A stretch of 31,958 nt of DNA, from contig JBILKT010000001.1 in assembly GCA_044376545.1 (NCBI GenBank), positions 1 to 31,958 of the forward strand, written 5' to 3'. Under the pieces are notes generated by a model, which worked only from the letters and a program-made list of their open reading frames with translations, did no database searches and was not told the DNA's origin. Below, piece by piece: positions 1-8,032 of the stretch. The stretch's first letter is position 1. Every line of letters starts with the position of its first letter. This DNA is from Alphaproteobacteria bacterium. GTDB lineage: Bacteria; Pseudomonadota; Alphaproteobacteria; JAJTHO01; CANGXP01. The translations under genes and the position numbers were made by a program.

Positions 1-1
1 T

Positions 2-1675
2 TTGGAAAAAGAGCGCGGCATTACCATTCTTGCGAAGTGTACCTCCGTATTATGGAACGATACCCGCATTAATATTATTGACACCCCCGGTCACGCCGAT
101 TTCGGCGGTGAGGTTGAGCGTATCCTCAGTATGGTAGACGGCGTGGTGCTGCTGGTGGATGCGGCAGAAGGACCCCTCCCGCAAACAAAATTCGTTGTAG
201 GGAAAGCATTACAGTTAGGCTTAAAGCCAATTGTGGTGGTGAATAAAATTGATCGCCCCGATGCGCGGATTGAAGAAGTACACGAAGAAGTGTTTGATTT
301 GTTCATTGCGATGGAAGCGTCTGACGAACAGCTTGATTTCCCGACGTTGTATGCCTCAGGTCGTGAAGGGTGGGCACTGAAAGACCTCAATGACGAGAAA
401 AAAGATCTTACCCCGCTGTTTGAGCTGATTGTCAACCATGTTCCTGAACCAAAAGGCGATAAAACCCAACCTGCGGCAATGCTTGCAACGCTTCTAGAGA
501 TTGATCCGTATTTAGGTCGTGTTCTTACGGGCAAAATTATCTCTGGTACGATCAAGCAAAACATGCCTGTTAAGGTATTGGATTTGAACAGTAATTTTAT
601 TGAGCAAGGGCGTATCAGCAAAGTCCTGACCTTCCACGGGTTGCAACGCATTCCTGCAGAAGAAGCCTATGCAGGGGATATTGTGGCGGTAGCAGGCTTA
701 AGCAAAGCAACCGTTGCCTATACCATTTGTGCGCCTGAAGTGGAAACCGCACTCAAAGCCATTCCCATTGACCCCCCTACTCTCGCCATGACGTTCTCGG
801 TGAACAATTCACCGCTTGCAGGAACAGAAGGCGACAAAGTTACATCACGACAAATTGCAGCCCGCTTGCTCGCAGAAGCCGAAGCAAACGTGGCGATTGA
901 AGTGCGCGAAACAGAAGACAAGGACGCACTGGAAGTTGCAGGACGCGGTGAATTACAGCTCGGCGTTCTTATCGAGACCATGCGTCGTGAGGGCTTTGAA
1001 TTATCCATCAGTCGCCCCCGTGTGCTGTTCCAAACCGATGAAAACGGTCAAAAACTTGAGCCATTTGAAGAAGTTATTGTGGATGTTGATGAAGTCTACA
1101 GTGGCGCGGTGATGGAATTTTTGTCCCTCCGCAAAGCAGAGCTACAAGACATGCGCAGCAGTGGCGCAGGCAAAAGCCGCCTTGCGTTCATTATGCCGTC
1201 ACGGGGGCTCATTGGTCTGCATAGCGAATTCCTTACCATTACGCGCGGTACAGGTCTTATGAACCGCTTGTTCCATAGCTATATGCCCTATAAAGGGAAC
1301 TTGGCAGGACGGCGCAACGGTGTGCTGATTTCAACGGATGCAGGGGAAGCGCAAGCTTACTCTCTGTTTAACATTGAAGAGCGCGGTATTTTGTTCATTC
1401 CGCCACTCGCCAAAGTGTATCAAGGGATGATTATTGGCGAACACAGCCGTGATAACGATCTTGAAGTAAACCCGCTGAAAGCAAAGCAGCTGACCAACAT
1501 TCGCGCCTCGGGCAAAGATGAGGCGATTCGCCTCACGCCCCCGAAAATCCTCACCCTTGAGCAAGCGATTGCGTATATCGAAGAAGACGAACTTGTGGAA
1601 GTGACCCCTGCTTGCATTCGCCTGCGTAAGCGTCACCTTGATCCCAACCAACGGAAACGGGCAACAAAAGGCTAG
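2..1675 (+). CDS. typA: Translational GTPase TypA/BipA, 5' end cut off by the window edge
   Basis: EKERGITILAK, NIIDTPGHADFGGEVER (G3), NKID (G4), GRGELQL and the C-terminal KAKQLTNIRA...EELVEVTP are typical of TypA/BipA. Confidence 0.97.
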   Translation: MEKERGITILAKCTSVLWNDTRINIIDTPGHADFGGEVERILSMVDGVVLLVDAAEGPLPQTKFVVGKALQLGLKPIVVVNKIDRPDARIEEVHEEVFDLFIAMEASDEQLDFPTLYASGREGWALKDLNDEKKDLTPLFELIVNHVPEPKGDKTQPAAMLATLLEIDPYLGRVLTGKIISGTIKQNMPVKVLDLNSNFIEQGRISKVLTFHGLQRIPAEEAYAGDIVAVAGLSKATVAYTICAPEVETALKAIPIDPPTLAMTFSVNNSPLAGTEGDKVTSRQIAARLLAEAEANVAIEVRETEDKDALEVAGRGELQLGVLIETMRREGFELSISRPRVLFQTDENGQKLEPFEEVIVDVDEVYSGAVMEFLSLRKAELQDMRSSGAGKSRLAFIMPSRGLIGLHSEFLTITRGTGLMNRLFHSYMPYKGNLAGRRNGVLISTDAGEAQAYSLFNIEERGILFIPPLAKVYQGMIIGEHSRDNDLEVNPLKAKQLTNIRASGKDEAIRLTPPKILTLEQAIAYIEEDELVEVTPACIRLRKRHLDPNQRKRATKG

Positions 1676-1704
1676 GGATTTTTTGGCAGGCTGAAAAAAT
1701 ACCC

Positions 1705-1840
1705 TGCCCCTATTTTAAAATACGCCTATTTCGCGTTTAAATCGCCACCAGATGGCCTTTGAGAATTTTTAGCTACCATGGTAGCCGAAAATTTTTAGAG
1801 GTGGTCTTGCGCGCATCCTACGGCGTTTTTTATAGAGGCA
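1705..1840. repeat. Long imperfect palindrome (about 136 bp) downstream of typA
   Basis: Central perfect 14-bp palindrome gctaccatggtagc (1772-1785); flanking arms pair imperfectly; outer arms tgcccctattttaaaatacgcc (1705-1726) and ggcgttttttatagaggca (1822-1840). Confidence 0.6.
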
Positions 1841-1843
1841 ACA

Positions 1844-1969
1844 TAGTCGTTTCAATTTATAATTACCCATAGCCGAAAACCACCGCAGCGGCGCGAAGTG
1901 TACCTCTTTGTACATGAAAGACGCTAAGGGAAGTTTGCAGGCAGGGGTGATTTTAAAGTGGAATGACTA
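1844..1969. mobile_element. TA-flanked MITE-like palindromic element A (126 bp) with GTAC core
   Basis: Terminal inverted repeats atagtcgtttcaatttataattaccc (from 1843) and gggtgattttaaagtggaatgactat (to 1970) match at 21/26. Both ends are TA. Hairpin tgtac-ctcttt-gtaca (1899-1914) is exactly at the centre. Confidence 0.75.
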
Positions 1970-2269
1970 TAACTGTGGCGATTGTAGCAGCGGTTTTACC
2001 TGAAGCTGCAACTTCTTCACAACACCGCTGGACTCTGCGCTGTCGAAGTCAAATTCGCGCTGCAAATTCCACCAAATAGCGGCCCCATCTCCGAAAAATG
2101 TACCTAATCGTACAGCCATTTCCACGGAAAGCCCCCGCTTTTGCTGCAATAACTCACTTACGGCAGAACGCGGGACACCAAGACCCCGTGCCAAATCTGC
2201 TTGTGATAAGCCGTATTCTTCCATAAAATCAGCCACAATCACTGCGGGATGCAAAGGTTTTTTTGACAT
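1967..2269 (-). CDS. higA: HigA-family antitoxin (XRE HTH)
   Basis: LHP...LSQADLARGLGVPRSAVSELL...S.EMA.RLG.FFG...WWNLQ pattern; directly downstream of a HigB toxin; SD AGGAG overlaps the toxin stop. Confidence 0.9.
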   Translation of the reverse strand: MSKKPLHPAVIVADFMEEYGLSQADLARGLGVPRSAVSELLQQKRGLSVEMAVRLGTFFGDGAAIWWNLQREFDFDSAESSGVVKKLQLQVKPLLQSPQL

Positions 2270-2278
2270 AGTGTTCTC

Positions 2279-2560
2279 CTAATGATAGTCTACAACGGAT
2301 ACATCAATCGCCTGTCCGTCTTGCCATATAAAACAGATACGCCATTGTTTATTAATGCGAATACTCCAATAGTCTTTCCTATCGCCTGATAGCTTTTCGA
2401 GATTATTACTCGGGGGGATACGCAAAGAACTTAGTGAATTTGCTGCATGTAAGCGGCGTAGTTTGATAAAAGCACGTTGCGCCACATCATCAGGAAAACG
2501 GCGATGTCGTCCCTGCTCAAACAACGCTTCTGTCATGCTATCCGCAAAACTCTTGATCAT
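2279..2560 (-). CDS. higB: HigB-family (RelE/ParE superfamily) toxin
   Basis: MIKSF start, PPSNNLEKLSGDR, SIRINKQWRICF, terminal VDYH; toxin-first gene order. Confidence 0.92.
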   Translation of the reverse strand: MIKSFADSMTEALFEQGRHRRFPDDVAQRAFIKLRRLHAANSLSSLRIPPSNNLEKLSGDRKDYWSIRINKQWRICFIWQDGQAIDVSVVDYH

Positions 2561-2565
2561 AATGT

Positions 2566-2594
2566 ATTGTACTGTAGAACATTACAGCAATCAA
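2566..2594 (-). promoter_or_regulatory. Sigma70-type promoter of higBA-1 with a palindromic operator candidate
   Basis: Minus strand TTGATT-N17-TACAAT, ending 5 nt before the higB ATG; the spacer holds the inverted repeat ctgta-N6-tacag. Confidence 0.7.
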
Positions 2595-3226
2595 TAAGAT
2601 TCTTGATCTTGTGATTTTTTAACCCGTATCAAGAACTGAATCGCGACGAAATCAGGAAAATATCGCCCTATCTTCCACCAATGCCTTTTCTTTGTGTGTA
2701 CACCATCCAACACTAATCCTGACGAAGTCATCAGCGCGATAGCCGATCTGCGTGTAAAAAATCGCAAATGTGTTTTGTCAAGAATCCCTACCTCTTCGTA
2801 TTCAAAACAGCCTTTTATCAGCCCTCGCACCACCGTGTAGTGCTGAATATTGGGGATACTGGCAATAATCACGCCCCCTTCCGCTAACAGCGGCGTTAGC
2901 TTTCGCAATGCCCCCCACGGGTCAACCAAATGCTCCAGCACATCCATGCAAAGAATCACATCAATACTCTGTGGCTCGAGCGGCAAGGCAAATGTTTCAA
3001 TGTTATCTTGCCAAACAACATCCACCGTCTGTTTTGCTATTTCAGCCGCTAGGGGGGAGATCTCAATACCTGCCGCCCAACTGCATAAATTTTGTTGCTT
3101 CAAATAGCTAATTGTTGCGCCCGTACCACAGCCAATCTCCAGCACACGCGAGGCTTTTTGCGGCATAAGTGGCGCAACTTCTTTACGGGTATGCGAGTAA
3201 TATGCTTGAGATACGTTTTTTTCCAT
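2591..3226 (-). CDS. Class I SAM-dependent methyltransferase (Methyltransf_23-like)
   Basis: Motif I VLEIGCGTG; DVILCMDVLEHLVDP; THLRFFT, as seen in glycan-cluster methyltransferases. Confidence 0.85.
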   Translation of the reverse strand: MEKNVSQAYYSHTRKEVAPLMPQKASRVLEIGCGTGATISYLKQQNLCSWAAGIEISPLAAEIAKQTVDVVWQDNIETFALPLEPQSIDVILCMDVLEHLVDPWGALRKLTPLLAEGGVIIASIPNIQHYTVVRGLIKGCFEYEEVGILDKTHLRFFTRRSAIALMTSSGLVLDGVHTKKRHWWKIGRYFPDFVAIQFLIRVKKSQDQESY

Positions 3227-3237
3227 AAAATTTCATT

Positions 3238-4203
3238 CTAGATTTTTTGTAAAAAAGGAGGAAAAGGTGTTGTAATACCTACTATGGCTGGTTGTGCACG
3301 CAGCGCAGCTAGTGCGCCTGCGAATCGTCCATGATACAATACGGCCTGTTTTTTATTGCCTAACAACCGATAAAGCCCTGCTTTTACACGGTAATAGTTG
3401 AGATAATACCATGGCAAGACGGTTGCAATCTGCTGGCTATATTTTTGCGCCATATAAAACCGTGCCCACTCAAAATACCAATGCTTGCGCCAATCTTGCT
3501 CAGGATTATACCCCGAACCACTTGAACCGCCGCCAATGTGCGTTACCTGTGCTGCAGGAACGAACAGCGGCGGCGAGCCTGCAATAACCGCCCGCAAACA
3601 AATATCAGTTTCCTCATAAAACAGGAAAATTTTCTCATCAAACCAGCCAATTTTCTCAATTGCTGCCATGTTAAAAAACATGGCGCAGCCACACACCCAG
3701 CCTACGGGAGTGGTGACTTCAGGCTGTTTATTTGGATATAACTTATGTTTACTCTTAAATAACAGAGGTTTAAACAACCTGTGACCACGCTCAAAGAGGG
3801 CTGGTTTTGCTGCCAGCATGGGTTGACCGTTGCTATCCACAGAAAGTGGTGCAAAAATAGGCGTTTGGGGGTTCCCTGCCGCTTCTGCAAGCAGTGTAGG
3901 GATGGTTTGCGCTTCCAAAAACACATCGGGATTCAATAAAAACGCATAGCGTGTTTTTGTGTGCCTAAAACCTTCGTTTGCAGCCCTGCCGTATCCAAGG
4001 TTTTCAGGGCTCGCGATGCACTGCACAGCGGGAAATTCTGCACGTATTAACGCAACAGTGGTGTCTTTACTCGCGTTGTCGATAACAACAATAGGGCATT
4101 CTTTTGGAATAGCACGGAGACATTGTGCAATAACGGCAGCGCTGTTATACGTTACAATGATACAAGTGACGTCTGCTAGTGTTGGCGGTATAAAATTTTC
4201 CAT
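3238..4203 (-). CDS. Family 2 glycosyltransferase (WbbL/rhamnosyltransferase-like)
   Basis: IIVTYNS, VIDNASKD, NLGYGRAANEG, LLNPD, GCAMFF, FDEKIFLFYEETDIC, THIGGGS motifs. Confidence 0.88.
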   Translation of the reverse strand: MENFIPPTLADVTCIIVTYNSAAVIAQCLRAIPKECPIVVIDNASKDTTVALIRAEFPAVQCIASPENLGYGRAANEGFRHTKTRYAFLLNPDVFLEAQTIPTLLAEAAGNPQTPIFAPLSVDSNGQPMLAAKPALFERGHRLFKPLLFKSKHKLYPNKQPEVTTPVGWVCGCAMFFNMAAIEKIGWFDEKIFLFYEETDICLRAVIAGSPPLFVPAAQVTHIGGGSSGSGYNPEQDWRKHWYFEWARFYMAQKYSQQIATVLPWYYLNYYRVKAGLYRLLGNKKQAVLYHGRFAGALAALRAQPAIVGITTPFPPFLQKI

Positions 4204-4229
4204 TGGAATAGCTTATAGTGAGATAAAGG

Positions 4230-5306
4230 ATGCAACAATCTTTTTTTATCATCGGTCTGATGAGCGGCACCTCCGCAGATGGTATTGATGCTGCCTTGCT
4301 GCGCACCGATGGCGTTGATTTTGTGGAACGTTTAGGGGGTGTTACAATCCCCTACCCTGCTGATTTTTCGGCAAAGCTCTTGCAAGCGGCACACACACAT
4401 ATCGCTGATGCGGTGTTAGTAAAAGAACTGACCAAACGCCATGCAGACGCGGTGACAAGCCTGCTAGAAAAAACAGGCTATACGGCGCAAGATATTGATT
4501 ATATTGGCTTTCATGGGCACACGATTGAGCACGCGCCTTTCGAACGCCGCACGGTGCAAATAGGCGATGCGGGGTTGTTAGCACGTCTCACAGGGATTGA
4601 TGTTGTCTATGATTTCCGCAGCAATGATGTGTTAGCGGGCGGGCAAGGCGCGCCACTTGTACCGCTGTATCATCAGGCACTCGCAAGAAACTGGCAGAAA
4701 CCCGTGGTTTTTGTGAATATTGGTGGCGTTGCGAATGTGACGTATAGCGATGATGATGTGTTGCTGGCATTTGACACAGGCACGGGCAATGCGTTGCTGA
4801 ATGATTGGATGCAGCAAAAAACAGGACAGGCTTTTGATAATAAAGGCGAAACGGCAAGACGTGGGCAGGTTAATACGGAAATCCCCCGCTCTCTACTACA
4901 GCATCCTTTTTTTATGAGCAAGCCCCCAAAATCGTTAGATAGAAACGCTTTTAGCCTTGAGGGTGTGAAAAATCTCTCTCTTGAAGATGGCGCGGCGACA
5001 CTCACGCACTTTACCGCGCAATCTATTGCCCTATCGAAACAATTTTTCCCCAAAGAACCTGTGCAATGGGTTGTTGTCGGCGGCGGCAGGCATAATGATT
5101 TTTTACTCGAAACGCTGCAACAGGCGGTTGCTGCCCCTGTGGTGACGGGCGAAAACGTGGGGTTACAGAGTGATTTTGTGGAAGCGGAAGCCTTTGCCTA
5201 CCTTGCCGCCCGCAGTGTACAGGGCTTGCCGTTAAGTCTGCCCAGCACAACGGGCGTTCCTACTCCCTTAACGGGTGGAAGCCTTGTGCGTATCAATAAT
5301 CTGTAA
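4230..5306 (+). CDS. anmK: Anhydro-N-acetylmuramic acid kinase
   Basis: IGLMSGTSADGIDAAL, GFHGHT, DFRSND...GGQGAPLVP, NIGGVAN, FDTGTGN, EAFAYLA, LPSTTG. Confidence 0.95.
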   Translation: MQQSFFIIGLMSGTSADGIDAALLRTDGVDFVERLGGVTIPYPADFSAKLLQAAHTHIADAVLVKELTKRHADAVTSLLEKTGYTAQDIDYIGFHGHTIEHAPFERRTVQIGDAGLLARLTGIDVVYDFRSNDVLAGGQGAPLVPLYHQALARNWQKPVVFVNIGGVANVTYSDDDVLLAFDTGTGNALLNDWMQQKTGQAFDNKGETARRGQVNTEIPRSLLQHPFFMSKPPKSLDRNAFSLEGVKNLSLEDGAATLTHFTAQSIALSKQFFPKEPVQWVVVGGGRHNDFLLETLQQAVAAPVVTGENVGLQSDFVEAEAFAYLAARSVQGLPLSLPSTTGVPTPLTGGSLVRINNL

Positions 5307-6365
5307 AAGCGTATCGCCAAATCGTTTTGATTCCGTAATATTTCCGAGTGTGTCAGGCATTTCTGTTAAACCTAAGTCTGCAATGCTTGATTTTCCCTCG
5401 TTTCCAAGGATTTTTGGTGCGGTGAACCAATACCACCTGTCGATTAAATTATCTTGATGAAGGCTGCTGATAACCGCCGCACCCCCTTCGACTAATAGCC
5501 TTGTAATACCTAATTTCGCTAGCTCTTCGAGCATAGCACGCAACGGTAATTGATTTTTTTCAGTAAGGTGTAAGGCAATCGGCAAAACGTTTTTTTTCAG
5601 GAATGATTCAGGCGGATGGGTGTTCGCCTTTACCACACAATAGGTGGGCTGCGTGCCATCAAAAACATTGTAGGTTTCGGGAATTTTCAACGTTTTATCC
5701 AGCACCACCCGTATGGGCGAGAATTTTTCTAAGCCTTGCAATCGACAATTTAGGCGCGGATTATCCGCCAAAACTGTATTTGTGCCTACCAAAATCGCGT
5801 CATACTCAGCACGGAGTTTATGCCCAAAAGCGCGTGCCTCAGGGCTGGTTATCCACTGACTCGCGCCATTCTTAAGCGCAATTTTGCCATCAAGGGAACT
5901 TGCGACTTTTACCGCCACTAACGGCATCCCTGTTTTTATTTTCTTGAAAAATCCTACATTTAGCGCAAGAGCCTCTTTTTCTAACACCCCTTCTGTAACC
6001 ACAATCCCTGCTTGTTTGAGCATCGCAATGCCGCGCCCCGCAACGCGGGCATCTACATCGTGCACTGCCACCACCACCCGTGCAACGCCCGCTTTTATCA
6101 AGGCTTCTGCACAGGGCGGTGTTTTTCCATAATGGGCGCACGGCTCTAACGTCACATAGGCGGTTGCACCAGAAGCCTTATCTCCCGCCTGTTTCAGGGC
6201 TTCTGTTTCGGCGTGCGGTCGCCCTGATGGCTGCGTCCATCCGCGCCCTATAATTTTACCCTCTTTAACAATAACGCAGCCAACAGCAGGATTGGGAAAG
6301 GTGTTGCCAAGCCCCCGTTTTGCAAGGTTCAGCGCATGCTGCATAAACGCGGTATCCTCAATCAT
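5268..6365 (-). CDS. ribD: Bifunctional riboflavin deaminase/reductase RibD
   Basis: NPAVGCVIV, HAE and TLEPCAHYGKTPPC zinc motifs; reductase half with SLDGK, ILVGTNTVLADNP, LLVEGG. Confidence 0.96.
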   Translation of the reverse strand: MIEDTAFMQHALNLAKRGLGNTFPNPAVGCVIVKEGKIIGRGWTQPSGRPHAETEALKQAGDKASGATAYVTLEPCAHYGKTPPCAEALIKAGVARVVVAVHDVDARVAGRGIAMLKQAGIVVTEGVLEKEALALNVGFFKKIKTGMPLVAVKVASSLDGKIALKNGASQWITSPEARAFGHKLRAEYDAILVGTNTVLADNPRLNCRLQGLEKFSPIRVVLDKTLKIPETYNVFDGTQPTYCVVKANTHPPESFLKKNVLPIALHLTEKNQLPLRAMLEELAKLGITRLLVEGGAAVISSLHQDNLIDRWYWFTAPKILGNEGKSSIADLGLTEMPDTLGNITESKRFGDTLLQIIDTHKASTR

Positions 6366-6375
6366 TTTTTGGCAC

Positions 6376-6828
6376 TCATTTTTGATCTAATGTTCCCAAG
6401 AAATTCTCAAAGTCCTGCGCTTCGCGGAAATTACGATAGACTGACGCAAAGCGCACAAATCCAACCTTATCAAGGGGGGCGAGCGTTTCCATAATAATCT
6501 CGCCGATTTTTTGCGATTGTATGTCGCTATCGCCTAAGCTTTCCAACTGGCGTACGATACCATTGGTGATTTTTTCAATGCGTTCGCTGTCAAACGGCCG
6601 CTTTCTCAGCGCAATTGCCAAGGAGCGCTTGATTTTCTCACGATTAAATGGCTCCCGCTTGCCATTAGTTTTTAGCACAAATAATTCGCGCAACTCGATG
6701 CGCTCAAACGTTGTAAACCGCCCCCCACATTCCGAGCAAAACCGCCTGCGCCGAATGCTCGTCCCATCATCCGACGGGCGCGAGTCTTTCACTTGTGTTT
6801 CGAGGAACGCGCAAAAAGGGCATTTCAT
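6376..6828 (-). CDS. nrdR: Transcriptional repressor NrdR
   Basis: MKCPFC...VKDSR...[17 protein letters not shown] zinc ribbon plus ATP-cone; ends FASVYRNF. Confidence 0.97.
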   Translation of the reverse strand: MKCPFCAFLETQVKDSRPSDDGTSIRRRRFCSECGGRFTTFERIELRELFVLKTNGKREPFNREKIKRSLAIALRKRPFDSERIEKITNGIVRQLESLGDSDIQSQKIGEIIMETLAPLDKVGFVRFASVYRNFREAQDFENFLGTLDQK

Positions 6829-6918
6829 TGGTAATTCGCACCATGAATTTTATTTTAAGTTATATTTTTATAAAAATAATACAGCCTTACAACAACGTCA
6901 AGCGTAAACGTGAGGGGT

Positions 6919-8020
6919 TCAACTGCCCACTTTTGCCGCTAATGACGCTTCTAAGAACATATTAATGTCACCGTCGAGCACGGCTTGGGTGTTACTGGTT
7001 TCGACTGCTGTCCGTAAGTCTTTTATCATTTGATAGGGATGCAGAACGTAAGATCGAATTTGATGTCCCCAACCGATATCAGTTTTCTTATCTTGTAACA
7101 TTTGTAGTTTTGCTTCACGCTGTTGCAATTCCATTTCATAGAGCCGTGCTTTTAGCATTCTATAGGCTTCTGCACGGTTGCGGTGTTGTGATCTGTCACT
7201 TTGGCATTGCACCACCGTATTTGTTGGGATGTGGGTAATGCGAATGGCGCTATCGGTTTTGTTGACATGCTGTCCGCCTGCCCCTGACGCCCGATAGGTA
7301 TCTACCCGCAAATCTTTTTCTTCGATGGTAATATCGATATTATCATCCACAACAGGATAAACCCACACAGAGCAAAAACTGGTATGACGTTTTGCGTTGC
7401 TATCAAAGGGAGAAATGCGCACCAAGCGATGCACACCGCTTTCTGCTTTAAGCCAGCCGTAAGCATTCAGTCCATTAATTTTCAGTGTTGCCGATTTAAT
7501 GCCCGCGCCATCACCATCGCTTTGCTCAAGAAATTCCAAGCCATAGCCTGTGCGCTCCGCCCAGCGCATATACATGCGGAGTACCATTTCTGCCCAATCT
7601 TGGGACTCTGTGCCCCCTGCTCCCGCATTCACCGCCAAATAGCAATCATTTTTATCGGCTTCGCCTGAGAGCAAGGCTTCAAGCTCGCGTCGTGCCAATG
7701 TTTTTTGCAAAGCAAATAGTGCTGCTTCTGCCTCCGCAATCATCGCAGTGTCTTGTTCTGCTTCGGCCATTTCTAAGAGGTCAATCGCCTCTTGCCGTGT
7801 GGTTTCTGCTTCTTTGTGGGCGTTGATGGCTTTTTCAAGTGCCGTGCGTTCTTGCAGTATTTTGTGTGCAACGGCAGGATCATCCCACAAGCTGGGGTTT
7901 TCGGCTTGTTCATTCAGCGCTGTCAAACGGAGGAGAGATTTCTCCCAGTCAAAGACTCCTCCGCAATAAGCTCAGAGAATAATTTATTTTTTCAACAGTT
8001 TGTAAAATTTCTGCACGCAT
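6919..8020 (-). CDS. prfB: Peptide chain release factor 2, joined by a programmed +1 frameshift (about 366 aa)
   Basis: ATG at 8020 with upstream AGGAG gives [23 protein letters not shown] then TGA. The +1 frame ([15 protein letters not shown]...) continues into the ORF-track 6919..7926 frame with [11 protein letters not shown] and GGQ motifs. Confidence 0.96.
7948..7962 (-). promoter_or_regulatory. RF2 programmed frameshift cassette
   Basis: Minus strand GGAGGAG-T-CTT-TGA-C: internal SD-like sequence followed by the canonical CUU-UGA-C shift site at codon 23. Confidence 0.95.
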
Positions 8021-8032
8021 TAATTCTTACTC

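Noticed and set aside
1685-1708. ggcagg...cctgcc hairpin as the typA terminator
   Set aside because: 6-bp stem with a 12-nt loop and no clean U-tract directly after it; it also overlaps the larger palindrome.
6919-8020. prfB as a frameshifted pseudogene
   Set aside because: The break is the canonical SD + CTT-TGA-C programmed frameshift, and both parts are intact.
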